This document shows, piece by piece, positions 8,036 through 16,332 of a stretch of DNA of 32,000 nt; within the stretch, counting starts at the first letter, position 1; the number at the start of each line of letters is the position of its first letter. Made by a program: the position numbers and the translations under genes. The stretch is from Cardiobacteriaceae bacterium. Its GTDB lineage: Bacteria; Pseudomonadota; Gammaproteobacteria; Cardiobacteriales; Cardiobacteriaceae. The stretch is from positions 1-32,000 of the forward strand of contig JAFUTP010000028.1 of NCBI GenBank assembly GCA_017484165.1, read 5' to 3'. The notes under the pieces were generated by a model that saw only the letters and a program-made list of their open reading frames with translations, was not told where the DNA came from and did no database searches.

Positions 8036-9367
8036 ATGCAGAAAAAACTTTTAGCAATACTTCTTCTAGGCGCGGTCGCTATGAGCGTGCAAGCGCAAAA
8101 TCAGGAAAATAGCGAACCAGCCGCAACCGCAAATCCACAAACAGAAGCCGAAATTCAAGCAAAAATCGAAAAAGGCGAACCAACTATCAACGCCACACAA
8201 AAAGAATTAGAACTGCCTTCCAACGAAGAAGTTCCATCAAAAACCGATATCAATCCCAAAAAATCTAACGAAATCGACACTAACCGTCCGCCAAGATCAA
8301 TTTTCAAAAATAAAGCAGAAATTGACAACTATGTGGCTGCCGAAAAGGTTATCGAAGCAATCAAAGAAACCAAAACCGCAGAAGAAGCTGCCGATGTTGT
8401 AGTCGCAATCAAAAGCACCGAAAACGCAATCGAAGCAGCCGAAGCAATTGAGGCAATCAAAAATCCTGACAATGTGCCAGCTGCAACAGCAGAAACCGCC
8501 CCTGCTAAAGAAGCCGTTCAAAATCAAATTCCAAATACTGAAGCCGCAAAAACAGATGCGGTAGAACCAGCAGCGCAAGTGGAAAAACTCGAACAAGCAC
8601 CTGAACAAAAAGCCGTTACTAATACGGAAGAAGCCCCAGCGGAAGAGTTAGTTCCAAACGCGCAAGATTTAGGCATTCCCGCCCCAGAATTTGACAAAAA
8701 ACTCATCAACAAAAAAGCACAGGATTACAAAGAAGAATTCAAATTCACCGCCGACAAAGAACCGCAAACTTTGTATTTCTCTGCCGAAGGTAAATTGACC
8801 GACAAACCAGATGAAAAAGGTTATTACCGCCAAGTTTTAGGTAAAGATGAAAACGGCTTACTCGTCGCACAAGATTTTTATCAAGACACAAAAACCCCGC
8901 AAACTAATAAATTCCTCGTGCGCAAAGGCGGAAAAGTCGAAGATTTCTCAGTAAGCGAAAATCAAGGTTTAGTTGCTTGGTATAACCGTAAGGGAATTTT
9001 GACCAGTGCCTTAATTCTCGATGAAGAATCAAATCCACTCACAATGCAAGCGCATTACAAAAACGGTAAGTTAATCGCACAAGTCGATACTCGTTCGCAA
9101 GTTTTCTATTACGACGACGGCACAACTATCCTCGGATATATCGTCGAAACACCAGAAGGCAGAAGCGATTTAACCCTCTTCCGCACCGACGGCAAAGCTT
9201 ATGCCAGATTTGTGCTCGCTGACGGTGAATTCGTGCGCGGCGAAACTAAATTCTGGAATCAAAGCGGCGAATTAACTCTTCCAGATGAGAAAAACGCCGA
9301 AAGCACCGCACAATTGATGCAAAAAGTTTTCCAAATTATTGATGACATTCAAAATGCGGAAAACTAA
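8036..9367 (+). CDS. secreted/periplasmic protein of unknown function: signal peptide, acidic E/A/P/K-rich low-complexity region, C-terminal MORN/YwqK-like repeat region
   Basis: ATG 8036 is preceded by ggaga and encodes MQKKLLAILLLGAVAMSVQA/Q. [V/A]IEAIK motifs recur around 8340-8470. The C-terminus has G-x-aromatic beta-hairpin-like repeats (GYYRQVLGKDENGLLVAQDFY, AHYKNGKLIAQ, FWNQSGEL). Confidence 0.65.
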   Translation: MQKKLLAILLLGAVAMSVQAQNQENSEPAATANPQTEAEIQAKIEKGEPTINATQKELELPSNEEVPSKTDINPKKSNEIDTNRPPRSIFKNKAEIDNYVAAEKVIEAIKETKTAEEAADVVVAIKSTENAIEAAEAIEAIKNPDNVPAATAETAPAKEAVQNQIPNTEAAKTDAVEPAAQVEKLEQAPEQKAVTNTEEAPAEELVPNAQDLGIPAPEFDKKLINKKAQDYKEEFKFTADKEPQTLYFSAEGKLTDKPDEKGYYRQVLGKDENGLLVAQDFYQDTKTPQTNKFLVRKGGKVEDFSVSENQGLVAWYNRKGILTSALILDEESNPLTMQAHYKNGKLIAQVDTRSQVFYYDDGTTILGYIVETPEGRSDLTLFRTDGKAYARFVLADGEFVRGETKFWNQSGELTLPDEKNAESTAQLMQKVFQIIDDIQNAEN

Positions 9368-9406
9368 TTTTTGAACTTAAATAATTCATTTGAAGAAATA
9401 AAAAAT

Positions 9407-9430
9407 CCCCGTTTTAAGACGGGGTTTTTT
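9407..9430. terminator. bidirectional rho-independent terminator
   Basis: ccccgt (9407-9412) pairs with acgggg (9419-9424). T6 lies downstream and an A-run upstream. It sits between convergent stops 9367 (+) and 9435 (-). Confidence 0.65.
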
Positions 9431-9434
9431 ATTT

Positions 9435-9848
9435 TTATCTTGTTGCTAAGAATCCAAAAAATCCAATTAAAAAGAAAATGACAAAAAAGAGAACATAAGC
9501 CAATTTATACAAACCATACAATCTAATAATTCTTACTTGCCGCAAAAGTATTTGTTCTATTTGTTCGGCTGAAAAATTTTCTATTCCACGATCGCATTCT
9601 TTGGCATATTTTCGAAAACATGCATAAATGTAATAAAGAATAACTAGCAAAATAAATACACCAATAATTGCTGTATACATACCTATGGAATCACTCTCAT
9701 AGAATTCTTTAGCTATTTTTCCTCCCGACAAGGCGGCTAAAACAGTTCCAAGAAAAACAAGAAATGAAGCAGCAAAAAATAGCCCCCAAAGCCAAGAACA
9801 AACTCTTGACCAAAACGCAGCTTTAGTGAGATGTTTTCTGAATTCCAC
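9435..9848 (-). CDS. small polytopic membrane protein, unknown function (137 aa), paralogue-like to 9852..10304
   Basis: It has 3-4 hydrophobic segments. The layout matches the upstream gene: TM pair, then Y-x-x-A-C-[RK]-K, an amphipathic stretch, and a final TM. It starts 3 nt after the upstream gene's stop. Confidence 0.55.
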   Translation of the reverse strand: MEFRKHLTKAAFWSRVCSWLWGLFFAASFLVFLGTVLAALSGGKIAKEFYESDSIGMYTAIIGVFILLVILYYIYACFRKYAKECDRGIENFSAEQIEQILLRQVRIIRLYGLYKLAYVLFFVIFFLIGFFGFLATR

Positions 9849-9851
9849 AAT

Positions 9852-10304
9852 TTATCTCCCGTTCGCAAATATAAAAATCGCAACGGCAACAGAAATAATC
9901 ACAAAACCAGTCGCCAATAAAAATGCCAACCCCCACACTTTTAGCACAGCAGTATGTTTATTAAAAACACGGGCAAGAGTTTCTAAATCCTGCATTGTTT
10001 GCATCTTCTTGCAAGCTCTGGAATATTGCCAAAAAAATACAACCAGAAAAATACTGATTAGAAAAGAAATAAAAGAGCCAACACCATTACTGAAACCATC
10101 CTTTGATGCTAATAAAGCAATCGTAATAAATGGAAGAAATATCACAGCAATAAGATGCAGGATAAATAAAAACATTGACCATCTTCCTGCTGATTTCAAA
10201 ATTTGTAATGATTGTGGAGTTATTAAATTTCCATCGTATTGTTGAATACTTTCCGTTTTCCCCCGCGGTGCGGAATAAGGATTTTCTATATCTATATCCG
10301 TCAT
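9852..10304 (-). CDS. small polytopic membrane protein, unknown function (150 aa), N-terminal NPYSAP motif
   Basis: An RBS aggaaa precedes ATG 10304. The NPY-x-x-P N-terminus and 3-TM layout are reminiscent of DUF5362-type proteins. That family assignment is from memory and is not verified. Confidence 0.55.
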   Translation of the reverse strand: MTDIDIENPYSAPRGKTESIQQYDGNLITPQSLQILKSAGRWSMFLFILHLIAVIFLPFITIALLASKDGFSNGVGSFISFLISIFLVVFFWQYSRACKKMQTMQDLETLARVFNKHTAVLKVWGLAFLLATGFVIISVAVAIFIFANGR

Positions 10305-10336
10305 AAAATTTTCCTTCTATAAACCCTTTAACCAAA

Positions 10337-10449
10337 GGGCGCATCTAATTCCTAATCTTTTTTACCTCGTCATTCTGAGCACAGCGAATAATCTATCGAT
10401 AGAGATTTTTCGCATGCAGATCAAAAAGACAAATTTCGTAGATACACCC
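10337..10449 (-). repeat. MITE-like element, divergent full-length copy in reverse orientation
   Basis: The reverse complement reads gggtgtatctacgaaat-ttgtctttttgatctgcatgcgaaaaatctct-atcgatagattattcgctgtgctcagaatgacga-ggtaaaaaagattaggaattagatgcgccc. This is colinear with copy 6787-6898. Confidence 0.75.
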
Positions 10450-10476
10450 TGCATGAATTGCAATAAATGCGCGTAA

Positions 10477-10485
10477 ATTATATCA
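10477..10485 (-). promoter_or_regulatory. candidate extended -10 promoter (TGaTATAAT) reading toward 10304
   Basis: The minus strand reads T20-gcg-TG-a-TATAAT-ttacgcg. The hexamer is a perfect consensus with the TG motif correctly placed. No -35 element lies at proper spacing. This is a sequence pattern only. Confidence 0.35.
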
Positions 10486-10488
10486 CGC

Positions 10489-10508
10489 AAAAAAAAAAAA
10501 AAAAAAAA
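10489..10508. repeat. 20-nt homopolymeric A tract (T20 on the minus strand)
   Basis: Counted directly. It is consistent with the track ORF 10362..10568, which encodes PLFFFFFFL across the tract. Confidence 0.9.
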
Positions 10509-10573
10509 TAACGGTTTTTTTTGGTCAAAAAAATATATTTTCACCGTATTTTTAGAGCGAAAAATCACCGTTT

Positions 10574-11563
10574 TTACTTTTGGCTCGTAATCGCCGAATA
10601 TTTTTCCAGCATAAATTCCGCAGCCCCAATCAATCCCGAGAGATTATTACGGACTAAATAAATCGGAATGGAGCGTAAATATTGCGCGATATTGCCATCG
10701 ACGGCATCAAAACGAGCACAAAATGCGCTTTTTTTCAAAATCTTTTCGATGCGCGGCAAAATTCCACCGCAGAGATAAATTCCACCGCGCGCCCCCGTCG
10801 CTAGTGCTGTATCGGCAGCAAATGTGCCAAGTAAGCCACAAAAACGCTGTAAAACCGTGATTGCAAACGCATCACCTTGTAAGGCATTTGTCGTAATTTC
10901 GGCGGCAGTCAGAGAGTTCGGCGGTAATTTCTGCAAAAAACGCTCGGCTTTGTATAACAATTCAATACCTTTACCCGAGAGAAAATCTTCATTAGTTATC
11001 CGCTCTCGCGCTAGTTCTTCGCGTGCAAAACGCAAAATAGCAATTTCCTCCTCATTTTGCGGTGAAAAAGCACGGTGTCCGCCTTCGGTTGCAATTACCC
11101 GTGTTTTTCCAACCGTTTGATGCAAAATCGCCAAACCTAAACCCGTGCCTGGTCCCAATACGGCTTGCGGTAAATCTTCTACCGCTAAAATATCACCGTG
11201 GAGTAATATTTTATCCTGTTCAGCAATATGCGAAATCGCCAAAGCCTGCGCGGAAAAATCATTGATAAAAAAAAGATTTTCAAGATTAAGTTTCACTCGC
11301 ACTGAATTACGGGAAAAATGCCAGTGATTATTTTCTAAACGAATTTCCTCACTTAACAAGGGATTGGCAATCGCAATCGCAGCATTGGCAATATTTTTAT
11401 CCTCACAGCAATCTAAATATTCCGCACAAGCTGCCGCCAAATCCGCAAAATCACGACATTGCAACACAAGCGGATTAAAAATCTCACCGCTAGCTAAATT
11501 CAAAAGCGCAAAGCGAGCATTCGTCGCACCGCAATCAGCAATTAAAGCAATGTCTTTGTTCAT
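10574..11563 (-). CDS. glk: glucokinase
   Basis: N-terminal ROK/Glk ATP-binding motif LIADCGATNARFAL. Length is 329 aa with overall Glk-like sequence. Confidence 0.88.
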   Translation of the reverse strand: MNKDIALIADCGATNARFALLNLASGEIFNPLVLQCRDFADLAAACAEYLDCCEDKNIANAAIAIANPLLSEEIRLENNHWHFSRNSVRVKLNLENLFFINDFSAQALAISHIAEQDKILLHGDILAVEDLPQAVLGPGTGLGLAILHQTVGKTRVIATEGGHRAFSPQNEEEIAILRFAREELARERITNEDFLSGKGIELLYKAERFLQKLPPNSLTAAEITTNALQGDAFAITVLQRFCGLLGTFAADTALATGARGGIYLCGGILPRIEKILKKSAFCARFDAVDGNIAQYLRSIPIYLVRNNLSGLIGAAEFMLEKYSAITSQK

Positions 11564-11598
11564 ATTTTTTGTTCTAAATAAAAACCAATAAGGATTTT

Positions 11599-12003
11599 TT
11601 ATATCCAGTTTTCCAACTGCAAACCTTCTACTCTTTCAAATTCTCTTGTGTTGTTGGTTACCAAAGGAAGATTTAACGAACGAGCGTGAGCTGCAATCAA
11701 TAAATCCATTGCTCCAATAGGAGATCCCTTCCTTTGCAAAGATGCACGAATATCCGCATAATGCCAAATAGCCTCTTGTCCGAACGGCAAAATTTGTATC
11801 AATTCAAAAAATTCAAATAACAACGAGCTGTTCTTATCTATTGAACTAGATTTTTTCACTCCGAAGGCTAATTCACAAGCGGTAATATTCGAAATAACAA
11901 CTTCTCCAACTTTGTAGTTACTAAATGTTTCAACTACTTGTTTGTATTTTCTGTTGATGATATAAATACATGTATTGGTATCTAACATACAACGAATTTT
12001 CAT
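11599..12003 (-). CDS. vapC: PIN-domain toxin VapC (tRNA(fMet) endonuclease type)
   Basis: MLDTNTCIYII...GAMDLLIAAHARSLNLPLVTNNTREFERVEGLQLENW closely parallels Shigella/Salmonella VapC (MLDTNICIF...VTNNTREFERVGGLRTEDW). Its start overlaps the vapB stop (ATGA). Confidence 0.9.
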   Translation of the reverse strand: MKIRCMLDTNTCIYIINRKYKQVVETFSNYKVGEVVISNITACELAFGVKKSSSIDKNSSLLFEFFELIQILPFGQEAIWHYADIRASLQRKGSPIGAMDLLIAAHARSLNLPLVTNNTREFERVEGLQLENWI

Positions 12004-12233
12004 ATTATTTCTTCTCTTATTTGTTCGCCCAACTCTTCTCGTTCGATTTTGAAATCATCATCAAATTTATCCAATAAATCTTGCAACAATTGTCCAAGAC
12101 TATCGCTGTTCGGTCGCAATAAAACACCATCAGCACATCGCTCAATCACAACTTCTGTGCTGTCAAATTCAAAATCTTTCGGTAAGGCAAGCATTTGACA
12201 ATTATCCGTATTAAAAAGTTTGACAACTTGCAT
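12000..12233 (-). CDS. vapB: VapB antitoxin (AbrB/SpoVT-type)
   Basis: 77 aa. The N-terminal swapped-hairpin-like part (NCQMLALPKDFEF) is followed by an acidic C-terminus. It lies upstream of, and is coupled to, vapC. Confidence 0.8.
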   Translation of the reverse strand: MQVVKLFNTDNCQMLALPKDFEFDSTEVVIERCADGVLLRPNSDSLGQLLQDLLDKFDDDFKIEREELGEQIREEII

Positions 12234-12254
12234 ACAAAGCTCCTATTCCAATCG

Positions 12255-13034
12255 TTATTCAATATAAATATGCCTAACTGCACGAAAAACTATCGCCGCC
12301 GCAAATGGAATATAGGCGGAAAAAAATAATAAAAATCCTAAAAGACCTAAAAGAGGTAAGATTTTTGCTAGCAAGGATGCAATTTCAAAACCAAGAATTA
12401 GTATTCCCATTAAAAATAAAAATAATCCCGCTGAACTAATGATGTTAATTCTGCCTGAATGCCAAGTTTTGCGCATCAAAATAAAAACCTTTTCCTGCGG
12501 CAAAATACTCATCAACGGTAACACCGACCAGAAAAAATAATATTCAAAAATCAAAGATATTCCAGAGATTTTTAAGGTTTCTATATTTATTCTTATCAAT
12601 TCCTCTTTGCTTATATTAGAAGGGTTAATATTTTGCGGAATATCAGCAATTGTCATCATCAATAGCTGGGTTATCAATAATTTTACGCAAAAGAAAAATA
12701 CCACAAAGAGCCAAAAATTACTGTCCTTAAAATAACGCAATAGGTGATTCGGAAGTTGCGAAAAATCCATTTTTTTACCGCAACATTCATCAGCAAAATA
12801 AGAAAATAACAATCCCCCCAATGCAAACTCTAATACGGTTACAAAGAACATCGTTATCAAGGAAACCTTAAAAACAGCTACAAATAAAATCACCGAGAGG
12901 AGAAAAATTCCACAGCAAAGGGAGCTAATCATCAGCCAAAATTGCCGCTCGGAATTAAACAATGTAAATCCTTCCTTAACACAAACTGGAATGAATGATA
13001 AAGACTGCTTTTTAGGTGTATCTAAAAGTCGCAT
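12255..13034 (-). CDS. polytopic membrane protein, unknown function (259 aa)
   Basis: About 6 hydrophobic segments and very AT-rich. It ends 21 nt upstream of vapB. I could not assign a family confidently (YciC/UPF0259-like at best). Confidence 0.55.
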   Translation of the reverse strand: MRLLDTPKKQSLSFIPVCVKEGFTLFNSERQFWLMISSLCCGIFLLSVILFVAVFKVSLITMFFVTVLEFALGGLLFSYFADECCGKKMDFSQLPNHLLRYFKDSNFWLFVVFFFCVKLLITQLLMMTIADIPQNINPSNISKEELIRINIETLKISGISLIFEYYFFWSVLPLMSILPQEKVFILMRKTWHSGRINIISSAGLFLFLMGILILGFEIASLLAKILPLLGLLGFLLFFSAYIPFAAAIVFRAVRHIYIE

Positions 13035-13051
13035 AAATAATCCGAATAAGT

Positions 13052-13087
13052 AATAAAAAATTATCCCAAAAAGACTTTTGGGATAAT
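13052..13087 (-). terminator. rho-independent terminator of the permease gene
   Basis: Perfect 12-bp stem: 13060-13071 pairs with 13076-13087 (attatcccaaaa / ttttgggataat), 4-nt loop. A T-run follows on the minus strand (plus-strand a13055-13059). It lies 18 nt after the stop at 13105. Confidence 0.65.
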
Positions 13088-13104
13088 TTGTAATGAATAA
13101 TAAT

Positions 13105-14409
13105 TTAAGCTAGCATTACTAGGAAAATTCGTAGCAGTAGCAATCCTGCAATTACCCAAACACCGACCGACACTTCCGAGGCTTTTTCGCATAAGCATTT
13201 AATTAAAGCATAGGAAATAAAGCCAATCGCAATTCCATCAGCAATGGAATATGAAAGAGTGATACCGAATACCGTAAGCAATGCGGGAGCATATTCCGTG
13301 ATATCCGTCCAATCAATATCACCAAGCGCGGAAAGCATCAAAATTCCAACATAAATTAGAGCACCAGCCGTCGCTTCTGGCGGAACAATTTGCGCAATCG
13401 GTGAGAAAAACAAAATCAGCAAAAAGCAAATGCCTGTCGCAACCGCAACTAAGCCCGTTCTACCGCCTGCGGCAATGCCCGATGAACTTTCCACATAACT
13501 CGTCGTGCTAGATACACCAAACATCGAACCTAAAACCGTCGCCGCACTATCGGAAATCAAAGCCTGTTTTAAGCGCGGAATTTTTTCATCTTTTACTAAC
13601 CCCGCACGGTCAGTAACCGTAATCAATGTTCCTGCGGTGTCAAATAAATCTACAAATAAAAATGCAAAAACAATTGTCAGCATCGAAATATCTAATGCCG
13701 CTGCCCAGTCCATTTTGAACAAAATCGGTTCAATCGAAGGCGGCGCAGAAACAATTCCACTAGGCAATTCTGTATGACCAGTAATGATTGCACCAACGGT
13801 AACCACCAACATCGCAATCAAAATTCCGCCCGTAATCCGCAACTGCTGCAACATCATTATCAAAAGAAAGCAGAAAATCGCCATAAAGGTTTTGTATTCG
13901 GAAAAATCACCAATTTGCACCAAAGTGCCTTCCGAATTAACAATCAAACCCGCTTTTTGCAAACCGATGAACAAAATAAATCCACCCAAACCTGCCGCAA
14001 TCGCCTTTTTCAAATTGTGCGGAATGTTGTCAATAATCCATTCGCGGATTTTGAAAAAGCTGATGATTAGAAAAAGTATCCCCGAGACAAAAACGCATCC
14101 CAAAGCAACTTCCCAACTTTTGCCCATATTGCCGCAGACGGAATAAGCAAAAAAGTATAACAATGAAACACCAGGTGCCAGCGCAACAGGCAATTTCGCA
14201 TAAATCCCCATAATGAAACAAGATATCGCCGAAATCAAACAAGTTGCCGTAAAAACCGCACCTTTATTCATCCCCGTTGCGCCCAAAGTTTCAGGCGCAA
14301 GCAAAACGATATAAGCCATCGTCAAAAAGGTAGTAATCCCAGCAATTATTTCTATCTTTAAACTAGAATTTTGCTCTGTTATACCAAAATAATTATCTAT
14401 TTTTTCCAT
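13105..14409 (-). CDS. NCS2/AzgA-family purine (adenine/guanine/hypoxanthine) permease
   Basis: 434 aa. The N-terminus EIIAGITTFLTMAYIVLLAPETLG is typical of AzgA-like permeases, and there are about 12-13 TM segments. Confidence 0.88.
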   Translation of the reverse strand: MEKIDNYFGITEQNSSLKIEIIAGITTFLTMAYIVLLAPETLGATGMNKGAVFTATCLISAISCFIMGIYAKLPVALAPGVSLLYFFAYSVCGNMGKSWEVALGCVFVSGILFLIISFFKIREWIIDNIPHNLKKAIAAGLGGFILFIGLQKAGLIVNSEGTLVQIGDFSEYKTFMAIFCFLLIMMLQQLRITGGILIAMLVVTVGAIITGHTELPSGIVSAPPSIEPILFKMDWAAALDISMLTIVFAFLFVDLFDTAGTLITVTDRAGLVKDEKIPRLKQALISDSAATVLGSMFGVSSTTSYVESSSGIAAGGRTGLVAVATGICFLLILFFSPIAQIVPPEATAGALIYVGILMLSALGDIDWTDITEYAPALLTVFGITLSYSIADGIAIGFISYALIKCLCEKASEVSVGVWVIAGLLLLRIFLVMLA

Positions 14410-14453
14410 TATTTACGGTCTCCGAATAAGTAAAACAACAGATTAAATATAAA

Positions 14454-15308
14454 CTAAACAACATAATCAACAGCATCACGGTGTTCAATATTCAATTCAA
14501 ATTGCGCGGATAATCTTTTATGCAATTCTTCCACCACATAAACACTACGATGCTGCCCCCCAGTGCAACCAATGCAAATATTAACATATGCTCTTTGCTT
14601 GGACTGTTGCAAAAAGTCTGGCAAAGTATTTTCTAAATATTGCGCTAAATTGCTAATAAATTTTTCTACACTCTTATGCGTTTTTAACCAGTCTATTATC
14701 GGTTTTTGCCGACCGCTGAAATGACGAATATTTTTCTCCCAATAAGGATTCGGCAAAGAACGAGTATCAAAAACAAAATCCGCATTCACAGGCAAACCTT
14801 GCTTAAAGCCAAAAGATTGCAAAAAAATAAATAATTTATTCTGAATATTTAGCAGTTTTGATAATTTTTCTCTTAAATCCATCGCAGTAAAAAATGTCGT
14901 GTCAATAAAAATATCCACTAAATTATTCAATGCCTGCAACTCAATTTTTTCCTGCTCAATAAATGATAAAACATTGCTATGTTGCGGCTGCCAATTATGC
15001 AAAGGATGCGGACGACGAGTTTCATTAAATCTCTGCGCTAAAACTTCTTGTTTAGCCGTCAAAAATATTATTTGCAAATCAATTTTTTCTTTTATTTTTC
15101 GAATATATTCTTCCGTTTGAGCAATATTTTTTGAACTTCTAATGTCAATTGCAATTGCAATTTTTCTCTCTGAATTTTTCACAACTTTATCGACAAAATC
15201 ATCTAATAATATTACTGGCAAGTTATCGATACAGTAATAACCAAAATCCTCTAAAAAATTGAGTGCAATTGATTTTCCCGCACCTGACATTCCAGTAATA
15301 ATCAACAT
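14454..15308 (-). CDS. rapZ: RNase adapter protein RapZ (YhbJ)
   Basis: It has the P-loop GMSGAGKS, DNLP, and the C-terminal IGCTGGQHRSV motif. I prefer ATG 15308, which is preceded by gtggggga and avoids overlap with djlA, over track start 15341. Confidence 0.88.
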   Translation of the reverse strand: MLIITGMSGAGKSIALNFLEDFGYYCIDNLPVILLDDFVDKVVKNSERKIAIAIDIRSSKNIAQTEEYIRKIKEKIDLQIIFLTAKQEVLAQRFNETRRPHPLHNWQPQHSNVLSFIEQEKIELQALNNLVDIFIDTTFFTAMDLREKLSKLLNIQNKLFIFLQSFGFKQGLPVNADFVFDTRSLPNPYWEKNIRHFSGRQKPIIDWLKTHKSVEKFISNLAQYLENTLPDFLQQSKQRAYVNICIGCTGGQHRSVYVVEELHKRLSAQFELNIEHRDAVDYVV

Positions 15309-15318
15309 GTTTCCCCCA

Positions 15319-16308
15319 CTATTTCCAACCGTAATATTCACAAATATATTTATAAGCTTCTTGAATTTCTTTCACTTTTTTATTTGCAAGTTCAATTTCC
15401 TCTTGCGGTAAATTTCGTCCTGCCAATTTATCGGGGTGATTTTTATTAACCTGCTTGCTATATGCTTTTTTTACCGCCTTGAAATCATCAGTTTTAGCAA
15501 TACCGATAACCTTAAAAGCATCATCTAAACGGTTAGTTTTGGAATAACTATGCGCGCTATTTTGTCTATACTCTTGATGATAATTATAACCACTATTTTG
15601 CTGGTTTTTTTCATCTCTTCTATGCTGATAAGAGCTTTTTTGCTGCTGATAATTTTGCCACTGTTTATCCTTTTCACTCGCTTTTTTATAAGCCTGACTA
15701 AATCTTGCACGGGCTTGTTCCTGCGATAAAATTTCTTCGAAAACTCGCAAATCGATATGAAAAATGCTTGCAATATCGAGCAGAATAGTTTTCTCATTGA
15801 CTTCCATCACAGCGTCTAACAATGCTGCCCGCATTTGAATTTGCAGAAAACCATTGAGCAATAATTTATTTGAACCGAAGACATGGTGAAATTCCCGCAA
15901 AACTTGTGCATACGGAAAATCTTCGATTTTGCCCGTTCGAAAAGCTTCTTTGGCGATTTTTTTTAACTGCGCGGAATAGTTAAAATCCTGCATTAAAAAT
16001 TCCGCGAAAGCTATATCATCTTTGCTTACCCGACCTTTTGATTTGGCAATATGACCTAAAATCGAAAAAAGGCAAAGAGTGTAAAAATTCTGCCGATTTA
16101 GCTCAAAACTAACCGTAAATCTCTTTTTCTCACCCGTAACACCAAAAATATTTGAACGAATTTTTTCCGCAGAACTACCAGCACCTCGAAATACATCACC
16201 CAGCACTTCTGACAAATAATTACAGACCAATGCCCCCAAAATGGCACCTAAAAGACCAAATTTTGCTCCGAGGATTATTCCGATAAATATGCAAATAAAA
16301 TTCGTCAT
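15319..16308 (-). CDS. djlA: DnaJ-like membrane co-chaperone DjlA
   Basis: It has an N-terminal TM segment, a TerB-like middle region, a Q/N/Y-rich linker and a C-terminal J domain (KKAYSKQVNKNHPDK). Confidence 0.85.
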   Translation of the reverse strand: MTNFICIFIGIILGAKFGLLGAILGALVCNYLSEVLGDVFRGAGSSAEKIRSNIFGVTGEKKRFTVSFELNRQNFYTLCLFSILGHIAKSKGRVSKDDIAFAEFLMQDFNYSAQLKKIAKEAFRTGKIEDFPYAQVLREFHHVFGSNKLLLNGFLQIQMRAALLDAVMEVNEKTILLDIASIFHIDLRVFEEILSQEQARARFSQAYKKASEKDKQWQNYQQQKSSYQHRRDEKNQQNSGYNYHQEYRQNSAHSYSKTNRLDDAFKVIGIAKTDDFKAVKKAYSKQVNKNHPDKLAGRNLPQEEIELANKKVKEIQEAYKYICEYYGWK

Positions 16309-16332
16309 ATAGCTTTATCTATAAATAAAAAG

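Noticed and set aside
10523-10528. TTGACC (minus strand) as the -35 box of the promoter at 10477-10485
   Set aside because: It lies 40 nt upstream of the -10 hexamer, far outside the 16-19 nt window for sigma-70. The promoter call therefore rests only on the extended -10.
10509-10534. T8 / A7 runs (acgg-tttttttt-ggtc-aaaaaaa) next to the A20 tract, as a possible terminator for glk
   Set aside because: The pairing would be A:U only with no G:C stem, so it is not a credible intrinsic terminator. I could not identify any convincing glk terminator.
15540-15680. Q/N/Y-rich low-complexity stretch in DjlA (QWQNYQQQKSSYQHRRDEKNQQNSGYNYHQEYRQNS)
   Set aside because: DjlA proteins normally have a variable, compositionally biased linker between the TerB-like domain and the J domain. 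This is an expected feature rather than a separate element.
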